DNA of 64,000 nt from Azolla caroliniana. Lineage: Eukaryota; Plantae; Polypodiophyta. Positions 44,242 through 56,045 of this stretch are shown here, piece by piece. How positions within the stretch are numbered: the stretch's first letter is position 1; every line of letters starts with the position of its first letter. The stretch is taken from NCBI GenBank assembly GCA_043228905.1, contig JBHGNT010000006.1, positions 1,302,001 through 1,366,000 on the forward strand, given 5' to 3'. The translations under genes were made by a program, and so were the position numbers. The notes under the pieces were generated by a model. That model made no database searches. It had not been told where the DNA came from and saw only the letters and a list, made by a program, of their open reading frames with translations.

Positions 44242-45106
44242 TTTTTTTTTTTCCAAAAAAAACACTCCTTCCATTAGTTATAAAATTTTACAAATGAGAC
44301 GATTATGTACAAATCCCTGTAGGGACGCGATAGTTCTATCTTATGTGGATGCCCACTAACTCAAGAAAGGGAGAGGACGACCATTGTTGGATGAAGGCTA
44401 TTCGTTGTCTTTCAACTCCATTGGAGCCGCCCTTGAGGCTATCATATTAGCTCTTTAGAGTGGTTACAATTTCACTCCATATCTCCTGCATATGACCTTG
44501 TTGGATGCGCGGTTTGGTTGGAGAAGACTGACTCGTCTACACCGTTGTTTCCATAGAATCCAAAGAGTTATTTGGCTGACCAATTCCAACACATCTTGAG
44601 ATTTGGCATTAAGAGGAGTCGAGTCAACATTGTCGCTGGTGGCGAAAAAAACCTCTTGTGCTTTTATCACCAAAGTCATCCCTCCTCTTGATGCTCGTAT
44701 CTGCCAATTGGGGTCTACCATGATAGCCAACATATATTTCCCCACTTGATTGAGCCTTGCACCTGGGATAATTGCAACGAGCAACCAACCCCCCGCCATA
44801 TTCGATGGGACGTTGGGCAATCCCACAGAGCGTGTCGTATTGATTCTACTACATGTGGGCACTCTACACAATTAGGAGAGCTAAGGTTCCCACGTTGTCA
44901 TGCTCCCACCGGTATGGACTTATGTATTAATAACCATTGGAACGTGGTAATTCACCTCGTGTGTTGTTGTGTTGTCAAAACTTGGTGATAATTGTGGGAG
45001 GAACTTGAAATGTGTGTTAGACCTTCGCAACAGCCGACTCTCGGGCGGTTTGAGTAGCTAGAATGTGGCGACCCAATCTAGTTGTGAATTGGAAGAAAGG
45101 GATGGG
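44242..45106 (-). mobile_element. 5'-truncated L1-like LINE
   Basis: Poly-A tail seen as poly-T at 44242-44252. TSD TTTGGTGAAGC at 44231-44241 and 45107-45117. ORF2 C-terminal-like ITLWILWKQRCRRV. Confidence 0.85.
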
Positions 45107-45472
45107 TTTGGTGAAGCTTTATGTGGGTTTAATTAGAAGAAACATAAATTATTCTTCCATGGCTTTGGAGCAATTTCTTCATTTAGTTTTTAGAAAGGGG
45201 GATCTTTCTCAATCTCGTTCATTGGGAAAACAACTATACAATACATAATTTGTTCCTTCCTTATCTCATCGATGTCTTATATATTCCGAAACTCTCATAT
45301 TCATTCTTCCAAACTCCATTCACCTCTGTAAAATGTCGTCATAAGTTTGCATAATTCCAATTTGGGTTCTCAAAGGACGAAATAATCACAGAACATGATT
45401 CTAGCACGTTCAACAATGAGTATCAATATGAAGATCTAGGATATATATTGGGTACAATGAGATTCGCATGAC

Positions 45473-45867
45473 GAACAATCGACAACAATTTGGTTTGGTT
45501 TGCGTGTGTAAAAACTGAACTGTTAATTATTTTTGAAACCTAAACCTAACCATGAAATCGTTACAAAAAATTCAAACCGTTAAAATTGCGGTTTCGTGGT
45601 TCGGTTTCAGTTTTCAACTTAGGTAAAATTTCAAAATTTAAAATAATTCATTATTTTTAAATTTTAAAGATTTTCCTAAAATGTGAGAATAAGGCCTGAA
45701 AATGGAAAGATTGTTTTAAAACAACAATTTTTAATTTAAAAAAAACCATTTAAACCACGGGTTCTAACCGTTGAAACTGAACCAAACCAAACCATTTTTA
45801 CCATTAAGCTGTTATGTTGCAGTTTCGCGGTTCGGTTCGGTTCAAACCAAATTGTTGCCGACTGTTA
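45473..45867. mobile_element. hAT-type MITE (copy 1)
   Basis: TIR AACAATCGACAACAATTTGG / CCAAATTGTTGCCGACTGTTA. 8-bp TSD CGCATGAC / CACATGAC (7 of 8 match). Subterminal AACCG/CGGTT repeats. Confidence 0.8.
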
Positions 45868-46299
45868 CACATGACCACGAAAGAGAGGAGGAAATATACA
45901 ATTGTTCAAATAATTTATAGTGTGGGGCCCTTTCATTGCAATGACAATGCTTATTCAATTGATGTTGCAATAGTTTATTTCAAGTGAATAGACAACAAAT
46001 TTAATATGATGCAAACATTTATGCTATTGTTACAACTCTTCAATATGTATGGATATGTCACATATGGTCATGGATGGCGATGGAAGAGATCACGGCCCAA
46101 AAAACAATTAAGTACAAAAGTTGGTCGATGTTTGAAAGATTCTCATAAAATTGAATGAGAGGCTTGATATCATGAACATATACTAATGATAACTTATTAG
46201 GTTATTGAAGGGAAAAAAAGAATTAAGGGTACTTAACCCCATTGAGTAAAGGACAAGAAACAAACACAAAACACCATTGATGTCCCATACCTAGTAATA

Positions 46300-48250
46300 T
46301 GGTAAATATTGTTATACGTTAGAAGTCAACCAATGATGGACCTGAAATATGAGTAAGCCTCACCAACAAAATCCCAACAACATCTCTAAGACGACATACC
46401 AAAGGGGGTAGCAAACTCCTCTATAAGTTTTAACTATGCTTCCAGACTAAAACTATTTACTCCTTGTATGTTATACATCCTTATGAGTTTGTTTGACAAA
46501 GTCTTGGAAATAACCAAATTCCCTTTCTCCATACTTATAAAACCATTAAAATTAGCATTTATAATCGGTTCATAAGGTTATTATCGCATACTCCTTGTTT
46601 TCATAGCATTGCACTCTTGCAATGATAAATTATAATGAGATAAGTTTGATTCAAGGATGTGGTATTTCTCACATTTGTTTAGATGTCAAATGTCAATTCA
46701 AGATCAATACAATTCCCTAGTTAAAGAGCTCACAAGTTACACAATCGTAAACGATTATTTCATCATCCTCTAAATCAAGACATTCTTTTAGACAACTTAC
46801 ATGAAAAACAACGTGAATATCAATCCAATGGAGGAGATTGAGCTAATAGGCAAATGAACCAATATGTTTTACTAATGTGAAATGTCCACAATAACCTGAC
46901 ATTGATTTACTACATTTGACACTATATAATGTTTTGGAATTTTGAGGCGAACGTAAAAAAACATTTTGTCTAGGGCTAATATGACAAGGATATCTAATAT
47001 CTAATATGATTGACATAAAAACCAGCAATATTTATTCTGTTTCATACAACATGCTTTATTAATAGACCATTAAAAATATCTAATTACATAATTTTGCATG
47101 TCATGGTATAATTTAGAGAAGAAATGTTTTTGTCAAATGTCATTCACTTATTTGTTCAAAAGTGGGTAGAAACATTAATAAATTTCAAAATGCACCATTG
47201 CAAGCTAATAATGGTCATAACTTGCATGAAATCCAATTTGAGGAATGTCTTCATTAACAATTCTTATTTCGTGGGTGTTAGTTCACAATTTAGTTTTACT
47301 AATGCACCAAGCACCATACAAACGATCAATCGAGTTATAATTGTATCGCAATGGATAATAAAATGTTATAATCACTTTATTAACACATTGATAATTAATG
47401 CACATTTGCCACGTTCCATCTTCTTCTTTTTTGACTAGGATAATTAGGGCCTCAATGAGCGTTAATATACAAAATTGACCCAACCTTCACCAATCCTTGT
47501 GTTATGTTATGATATTGTTGTTTTCAAGTTCATTAAGTCAATATGGCGAAATTATTATTGGAACAATACTTGGTTGAGATCTATTCTGTGGTTAACACTA
47601 TAAATAGGTGGCCGCCCATGTAGTAGTTCCTCGAAAATCATTAGAAGCAAGTTTTCGTAAGTCTTGATTGTTAATGATTGTTTGGTAGCTAGTGTCTCCA
47701 AATCACATACAGATTTGAGTAATCTTGGTTCCATACAATTTTTGCCTAACATAGTTTAGATCACATAGCTTCGTACTTTTTGCTCTAGATCAAAGTTGTA
47801 TCATGCAAATAATAATAAGTTTAGTTGGCAAGATGGGCCACTCTTTCAAAACAATCATTTGTATGCCCCCAATCACTCCTCTTGACATTGAATCCCATAG
47901 TATTGCCAAATGCATCAATGGATTGATATTTGGAGTTCACAAGACTTTAGAGCTAATTATCTAAAAGTATTTATTAATGGTCTTAGCTTTGCAATTATGT
48001 TGGACACTACATTTGCACTTATGTTGTCTGTCTCCTCTCTTTTTTACATTGTCCACATGGGCTCTTCTAACACAATATCAAATGGCCTATGGAAATACAT
48101 TTATTTGGATTTCATTATAGCTATTTCATCTCCTACGGGTTTTGATCATCTTCATAAATGCGCACATTTCCTTCCATGCAACGTGATATTCCATTTGAGA
48201 TTTTAATTAATGATCGTAGGTTGTACCTCGTCTTCAAAATCTAGAAATGT
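46300..48250 (-). mobile_element. Ancient gypsy relic (RT and integrase remnants)
   Basis: LVKKEEDGTWQMCINYQCVNKV (RT, ORF 47283..47483), PPIYSVNHRIDL, and HVVFHVSCL at about 46790-46816. Boundaries approximate. Confidence 0.55.
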
Positions 48251-48410
48251 TTGCTCAAGTTGCTATGAATCTCTTGTCAACTATCTTGAAGCTATAATTT
48301 ATATGGTAATTGTCAAACCAATAACACAAATTAAACATTACAATAATATTTAAATTTGATTCTTATTGTTCAGGATTCCAATTCAACTCCAAGAGATTCA
48401 AGTTTGTGAT

Positions 48411-48739
48411 TAACAATTGGCAACTGTTCGGTTTGGTTCGAGAGGGTCCAAACCAAACCGTTTAAATTTTTTGAAACCTAAACTAAACCAAACTGAACCA
48501 CGAAACCGTTTAACTGAACCATTAAAAAAATTTCAAACTGGTAAAACCGCGATTTCGTGGTTCGGTTTTGATTTATAGCTTAGGTCAAATTTTAAAAATT
48601 TAAAATTTTCCTAAAATTGAGAAAAAAAGGCATGAAAATTAATAGATTGTTTAAAAAAAAAACCCGTTTAACCGTTTAAACTGTTAAGCCGTGGTTTCGT
48701 GGTTCGGTTCGGTTCAAACCCAACCGTTGCCAATTGTTA
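48411..48739. mobile_element. hAT-type MITE (copy 2)
   Basis: Perfect 14-bp TIR TAACAATTGGCAAC / GTTGCCAATTGTTA. Perfect 8-bp TSD TTTGTGAT (48403-48410 / 48740-48747). Interior homologous to copy 1. Confidence 0.92.
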
Positions 48740-50589
48740 TTTGTGATACAAGCCTTATGCCAACTACGTGAGGTATCATGCATGTATGAGAAGATGAAAT
48801 AGATGGTCGATTGGTTATAGGGTGAATCCTGATTTCCTCGAGGGGTCAACATGACTCTTATTGAAGAGTGTTGCGCTTCCTAGGGTCATTACAGAGTCCC
48901 GATGTGTCACCTTCCTCTCGATGGGGTAACCAAGGGATTGGGGAACATCAGTCCTTGATGAGGAATACCACACCATACATCAAAATATTAAAACACTTAT
49001 CTCTCAACTCCATGCAATTGCGGAGGCCTAAAAGGATTGTTAAGTTGTTATAAAATAACCTCGTTATGACACTAATTGATTAATATGGTTGTCTTGATAA
49101 AATAGATAATTACTAGGTAAAAAACATGTATATATCTTGATTAACGTGTATAGAAAAGCTACATAGACGAATGTTTCTTTTATTGGATGCAAAGGGAAGA
49201 AAGCGACAACCAAAAGGTAGCCCCAGTTAGGGTACTCAAATGTCTCATTTACACGAGAGCTCTTGCCCTTTTATACAAGTTGGAAACTATAAAGGGTCCC
49301 TTTCACATTATAAGCCCCTTAGGCATACCTTCATTCCTAATAAAGTGCAATTCCCCAAAAATTGCAATATGCCGATATTTTCCTACATACGTTTGAACTA
49401 TGAACAATACTTTAAATTGCAAATATTAAGCCTTATAGAGTTGTTAAAGCTAAACAATATGACATTATTTCCCTTAATGAAGGTCTCATTGAAGAAACAC
49501 GAGACTTGCAGTATGAGACACTAAGAAGAAAATGGCACGGTCAAGAAAGGGAAGGGAATATCGCGTCACCATATAAGCTCACATTTGACATCAAACAACA
49601 ATGAACCTGTAAAAAGTGTTTGAGAAATGAAAATTTGACTGTTGGTTGAGTTTTCTTTGAGAGTAGGATTGGGCACGACAAAAAAAGAGTTCCAAGACAT
49701 CATCATCAACCTTGTGAAGGAAAAAAAGATAAGTTCCTTGTGCAAATGTTCAAACTCCCACATCATCGATTTGCATTGGGCACGAGGAAAAACACGGAGA
49801 AACTATTGCAATTTGGTAACATCAAAGACTCAGTGATGGTGTTAATCAAACATAATCCCAATATTGATAAAATGTTAAAGAAATTATATTGGAAGTATTG
49901 ATGACCCATCAATACAAATCATGGATGGAAGATTAGGGTTGTGAAAAAGAAACAAAACACCTCTATGTGGCATGTTCGAACATTCAAGTTGGAAAAGAAT
50001 AAGATTAAAGACCAAACAAGATGTTGATAGTTATGAATCATGTATCTAACAATGAATATATATTGGAAAAGCATGAATGAGTGTATCTAACTTTTATTGG
50101 GTGAAAGGTTAGCGTTCAACTAATCATAGATTGTTGTTATCAAACACTCAATGGCAAAGAGGATATCAACAAATAAAAAAGGAGTTATGGTGAATTGTTT
50201 TAACTATCAAAACCGATCAAGAATGTAACATAGTCCGTCAGAGATTTTAGTCTTTTTAGAGGGATGATTGACTATTGTGTGGTGCCTAGGGCGTCCTTGG
50301 GTTTGCATGTCTAGCTTACTGGTTCTGGAGACTCGTCATGGACTCTTCAAAGGTCATTATAACTAAGCAACAATATGATTGGGTTCAAATGTTACTTCTA
50401 ATTGACTTCTCATATGACAACACAACACATTCCTTAATCGACAACACTCAATTCTTTATGAACCTTGGGTTGCCTCTTTGGTTTAGTGCATATTATTTTC
50501 GTGGTTGACAATATCCCAAGCGGCAATTTGAAAAAATAATTTATTTATTTATTTTCCAAAAAAGAAAACTCATTCCATTAGTTATAAAA

Positions 50590-51455
50590 TGTTAGGAAAC
50601 AGGTCCCTCCAGATGGGAAGTGAGAAGAACAGTACTGATGAGCAGGCCTCGGCCGAAACCGGATGTAGAGTACCCGGCTATGGAAGATGAGAACCGGATG
50701 AAGAGTACCCGGCTACGGAAGACCCGATGAGAACCGGATGAAGAGTACCCGGCTACGGAAGACCCGATGAGAACCGGATGAAGAGTACCCGGCTACGGAA
50801 GACCCGATGAGAACCGGATGAAGAGTACCCGGCTACGGAAGACCCGGTGAGAACCGGATGAAGAGTACCCGGCTACGGAAGACCCGATGAGAACCGGATG
50901 AAGAGTACCCGGCTACGGAAGACCCGGTGAGAACCGGATGAAGAGTACCCGGCAAGAGCCGGATGATGAAGGCCCGATGAGAAGTGCTCACCGGATGAAG
51001 GGACATATTCATAAATACGTTTCCTGAGAGTCCATCGGGGCTATATTTGTAAATAGCCGAAAAGTCATATTAGTATAAATATGACTTAGGGCAAACTCTT
51101 TTATAGTTGTTGTCATTCTTGTTGGTGCAAGACTAGAGAGCGCGTAACAGTGTACAGAGAGAGAGAGAGAGAGGAAGAGGTCGTTGCCTCTGTTGTAACC
51201 GCCGCCTGTGGCGAAGATCGTGAGCACGAGGTCGTTGCCTCCGTGAGCTCACTGTTGTAATCATTGTGATATAGTGATAGTTTGGAGTCTGTGGACTCCC
51301 GTGGTTTTTTTCCCTCTCAGGGTTTTCCACGTTAAACATCCTGTGTACTCTTCTCTCCTTTTGTGTCGTGCATTCATTCCCCGTTTTTCTGTGTTTTGAT
51401 TCTAAGCTTGGTTGTGGCCAAGCGTTGTTCATCGGAGGAGCGTGTGTTCCTATCA
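50590..51455 (+). mobile_element. Solo LTR with an internal 40-bp tandem array
   Basis: TG...CA ends and TSD TAAAA (50585-50589 / 51456-51460). The 5' end TGTTAGGAAACAGGTCCC...AGATGGGAAG and the GGGTTTTCCACGT motif are shared with solo LTR 42115-42683. Confidence 0.9.
50687..50953 (+). repeat. 40-bp minisatellite, about 6.5 near-identical copies
   Basis: Head-to-tail unit GAACCGGATGAAGAGTACCCGGCTACGGAAGACCCG(A/G)TGA, with no spacers. Confidence 0.95.
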
Positions 51456-51659
51456 TAAAATTTTACAAATGAGACTATTATGTACAAATCCTCGTAGGGA
51501 CACGATAGTTCCATCTTATGTGGATGCCCATTGACTCAAGAAAGGGAGAGGATGACCATTGTTGGATGAAGGTTATTCGTTGTCTTTCGACTCCATCGGA
51601 GTCGCCCTTGAGGCCATCGTATTGGCTTTTTAGAGTGGCTACACTTTCACTCCATAATT

Positions 51660-53220
51660 GCGAGCCTCAATTGAAATTTGTTTCAATTAATTCGGATTTG
51701 AGTGCTTTTATTAACGTGCCAAAGAAATTCCAAATACATGCTTCACACCCATATAGTACATGAGATTTGTTTTCAATTGAAGGAACAACTATGAGAGTGC
51801 AATGCTTTATATTATTAGTGTGCTTGATCATTGCATTGCCTGGATAACAATCCACTCATATGTGTTTGGCTTTTGAAGCAAAGATAAATTGGCATAAATC
51901 TCTTGGTTTTTGGCTATCACAAAATCAGTTGCCTACTTGGATGCCTACGCAAGAATTCAAATGGAGTCACTACTTGGGTTGCCAAGTGGGACTACATGTT
52001 AATGCGGATACGTTAGTTGCTCCTCTACTTTTAAAGTTCAGGACAAATTTGTTGCTTTGGGATTTAATTAACCTATCATATGCAGGTTGTGTACTTGTAG
52101 CTAACCAAGTTCTTCTAGCAACTATTTGGTATATTGCTTCTACTATGTTGCTTGCTAGGTCATGTAGTTTACAGGTGAAATGCCTCATTTGCAACTACAT
52201 TTGGGGAGGAAAAACAAGTCAAGATAAAAGGCCTAAAGTAGCTTGGGTAATATTGATTGCTCTGTGACAAAATGGTGGGTTGGATTTGGTGGATCCGGAG
52301 TCACAATGCAAGGCTTTGCTTTCTAAAATTGTGTGTAGAGTTATGTTGCCAATGCAAGGTGTTTGAAGTCAACTGATGATGCACAAGTTGTCTACTATGT
52401 GTTCGACAATAACTGGAGTGTGACAACCCTCACGGTGTGCCTTTATTCAGATTTTTCATTTGTTTAAAACAACCTTGCCAGAAGATAGATTTGTTAATGG
52501 AATTCTCACAAGTTGGTAAGCTGTTAAAAAATTTATAGTTCAGAAAATGCCTCTGACAATGGATGACTTGTTGAGACAACCTTTGACTTGGAATTTTCTC
52601 TTCTTTGATGCGAGGTATTTTTTTGCTTGGTAGCCGTCCTAGGCTGAATTGGGCTTCTTTTGGATGCATCAGTCATCGGTAATGCTCTATCATGGGGATG
52701 CTATGTTATGAATCACCCGTTACAATCTTTGTCGATGCATTCAATTCGAGGAGGTGCCATTATGTGCAATGATATGCAAGTGGCATTGGGACAAATTATG
52801 GCTTCATGGTCCCCCTCTAGTAATCATATTTGGTTTGATTATTTCTCTCCTTTAAAAGTTATTTTAGGAGCTAAAGTAACTAACACTACGGGTGATGCTA
52901 TATACTTTAATGTGGATGATGATGGTAGTTTGTGGCATGTATTTTCTACATCGGATGTGTGGATGTTCACCAGTGTTTCAACTATTCGAGTAGTTGCACG
53001 ATCCGGGAAAAATGGTTTTTGGATCCACCTTTTCAAGAATGCTTGTTGTGTTGCTCATTGTAGGTTTTAAAAAAAGCCTCTACACAATTTGGACTAGGAT
53101 CTAGCTGATTATCAATGGAAAAAGCCGAGCATTGGTGGAAATGCTAAACATTTGGAGTTTTTTCAATATTAGGTTAAGCTAGGTAGAAATTTGTTGTTGC
53201 AATCAAAGTATTGAGAGATC
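51660..53220 (+). mobile_element. Decayed L1-like LINE ORF2 fragment (RT C-terminus and downstream region)
   Basis: AKINWHKS...YLGCQVG...LSYAGCVLVANQVLLATIWY...NYIWGG...KVAW...GGLDLVD. Many stops. Confidence 0.75.
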
Positions 53221-53292
53221 AACCTCAACTTCGTTTAGTTATTTAGTCAACCATGTAACTTTGTAGTTACCTAGATGGAATCTAGTTAGGAG

Positions 53293-53441
53293 TGTTGAAT
53301 ATAACGCCTTACATAGGACCTTGTACTTAAGTGGGATATTCTAGATCCTCCACTCCTAAGTACATTTAATATAGGAGTTACACCGTAATACCTATATTCT
53401 ACTCACACATGTGCACCTTTGCACATGAGATGTATATATAC
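53293..53441 (+). mobile_element. Probable 5' part of another LTR interrupted by element D
   Basis: Begins TGTTG after a purine run and ends at a TATATATA box where D is inserted. The other half would lie beyond the window. Confidence 0.4.
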
Positions 53442-54177
53442 TGTTAGATATAATCAATGATCAGCCCCAAGTTGTAAATCTATCCCCATATGTGCTCTTA
53501 GAGTGCACATTTTGTGATAGCGCCCCAAATGAGGAGCGGCTAGTGTGCAACTCGACCATATGGGTCGATAAGGTGTTAATCTAGGAAACCGTAGATGCGT
53601 AGGACACAATATATTTAGGAAAGAGAGAAATAGATAAAAGGATTGGCTAATCAAGTCAGCTAGAATATTTTGTGGGCAAGTTACGATGTACTTAGTCTTG
53701 AAGTATGCGTCATTGACTTCAAGATAAGTATTATCTAGCACTAGCTTGTACCTAGGGAGTTGGGTCATATTAAATGACAAGTCAGTTGACAGAAAAGGAA
53801 TATCTCCACTACTGTCAACTGACTTGCACATTTATACTAAGACCAAACATAGATTATAAGTCACTTTTCTCACACAGTGGTCAGATTGATCATTTGTCCC
53901 CACTAATTTTGTAGTGAGCCGGTCCATATCCTATCTAAGCTCTAAGGTGTGAGCGCATGGGAAAACTACCATTTTGAACTACTCTCATATGTAATAGAAA
54001 TTCTGTTTTCATATATCCATCTCTGCAGTTGTAACTCTATATACCTATCTACTCGATTCTCAATATTTCTAATATGGTATCAGAGCGAAGAGGTTGATCT
54101 AGATTAGGTATATACGGGTAGTTGTTGTCTAGCAACAGAGAGAAATAGAGAGAGAGAGAGAGAGAGACAGAGTATCA

Positions 54178-56045
54178 ATGGCCTTGTCCACGAATGTTGC
54201 AGCTGCTCCATTGCGCATTCGCCCACCTCCATTGTCTGATGGAAAGCTAGATGGAACCAACTACACTCTATGGAAGTTCAAAATGTCTGCCATTTTGGAT
54301 TCCTACGAGTTGTTGGAAACAATCATGGGACCCACAGGGGGAGACCCTGAGCCCATGGCAACCTTTGACCCTGCACACCCTACCACATCAATTCCTCCAA
54401 ATGCTGATCTACTTCGAGCTTGGAAGAGAAGGAATGCTGATGCGCTATGTACCATAGTCACTGGTGTATGTGACTCCGTACTAACACTAGTGCAACATAC
54501 AACTAGGGCACATGAAGCTTGGAGCATATTGGCCAACCAGTATGAGACCAGAAACTATACAAGGATACAAAACCTCGAAAATCAGCTTGCTGCAGAGAAG
54601 CTTGCTGATGGAGAGAAAGTAGAATCCTTTGTAAAAAGGATTAAGGATCTTCAAGATCAGCTGGCGGCTGTTGGAGTAGTCGTCTCTCAAGAGGATATGG
54701 CTCGTCGGTGCATTCGAGTACTTCCTTTCAAGTATGATGGCATTGTGACAGCATTGAACACTCAGGTTCGACCCACTCCTTTAAAATTTGATGAACTAAG
54801 TGCAATGCTGCTTGAAGAGGAGCTTCGGCTGAAGACAAGAGAAGAAAGGGAAGATTCAACATTTGTCTCTAGGACTAAGGGTGAAGGGGCATCCAATTCA
54901 AACAATGCGAATAGGATACCGAAGAAGAAGAAGTTCAATGGATCGTGTTTCTACTGTGACAAGAAGGGTCACACAATCAAGGATTGTCGAAAGAAGATGG
55001 CGGATGAGAAGAATGGTTCTAATAAGACTTCTTGGAGAGAGCCCGAGTCCGCTAACAATGTCGTAGATGAACTTGAGTTATGGGTCGCAACTGAAGAAGT
55101 GTGTTCTTCAGTTGACACTCAAGTTGTTGATGAGTCTTGGATTCTCGATAGTGGAGCATCCCGACATATGACCAGTAATCGTGACTGGTACAGTTCTTGG
55201 ACACCTCTACAAGAGCCCATCAATGTTGTGGTCGGGAACAATGCTCGATGTCCGGCCAAAGGAACCGGAACCGTCTCCCTCAAAGCAACGACCGGTGGGA
55301 CAAAGCATCTCTCTCAAGTGTTGTACGTGCCAGATCTGAAGAAGAATCTACTGTCCATTTCTGCACTGACTGACAAGGGTCTTGATGTTCGATTCAAGAA
55401 GTCGGGTGCAGAAATAACAGATTCTGCTGGCAAGGTTGTAGGAATAGGGGTGAGGCGCAACAATCTCTATGAGCTGAGCGCGTTTACCATTTCTACTGAC
55501 CACAACACAAGTACCAACACAAAGCAATGGCATGAGAGATTTGGGCATCTCAACATTGCTGTGTTGAAGGAGATGAAGAAGTCGAATATGGTAGTTGGGT
55601 TGCCAACCCTATCTGACTTAAGTCATGTTTGTGATGCTTGTATGATGGGCAAGCATCAAAGATCAGCCATTCCAAAAGAGAGTCAAAATCGGGCAAAGAC
55701 TCCTTTACAACTAATACACATTGACCTCTCTGGAAAAATGGTGACTCCTGCAATGGGTGGATCTCTCTACTATATGCTAATAGTCGACGACTTCAGCAGA
55801 AAGATGTGGGTTTACTTCCTTTGGGAGAAGGCTGAAGCTTTTAAAATCTTCAAAAGATGGCATAAGTTTGTCGAGCGAGAGTCTGGAAAGTTAGTGAAGG
55901 AGCTACGCTCTGATCGAGGCGGAGAATTCTTATCAATAGAATTCTGTGAGTATTGCAAAGAGCATGGAATTAAGCGCCAACTTACAATTGCCTACACCCC
56001 ACAACAAAATGGCGTTGTCGAACGTCGAAATCGAACAGTTGTCGA
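54178..56045 (+). pseudogene. Copia D gag-pol N-part (gag, protease, integrase); open frame cut by E
   Basis: [68 protein letters not shown]. Confidence 0.93.

Larger units (their letters stand above)
50540..51655 (-). mobile_element. LINE 3'-end fragment (same family as 44242-45106), split by a solo LTR
   Basis: 50552-50589 joined to 51461-51655 aligns by eye to 44249-44481. Confidence 0.85.

Noticed and set aside
50687-50953. CRISPR-like regular repeats
   Set aside because: Head-to-tail 40-mers with no unique spacers, inside a solo LTR in a eukaryotic context, with no cas genes.
50540-53220. Twin-priming inversion of a single LINE (minus 3' end abutting a plus-strand ORF2 piece)
   Set aside because: The geometry fits, but the plus fragment is only distantly similar to the 44242-45106 family where they overlap (LEFFQY versus IPFFQF), and no shared TSD was found. 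Independent insertions are more likely.
53454-53831. 125-aa ORF duplicated at 63418..63795
   Set aside because: An antisense frame inside the two LTRs of D. The duplication simply reflects LTR identity, and no domain is recognisable.
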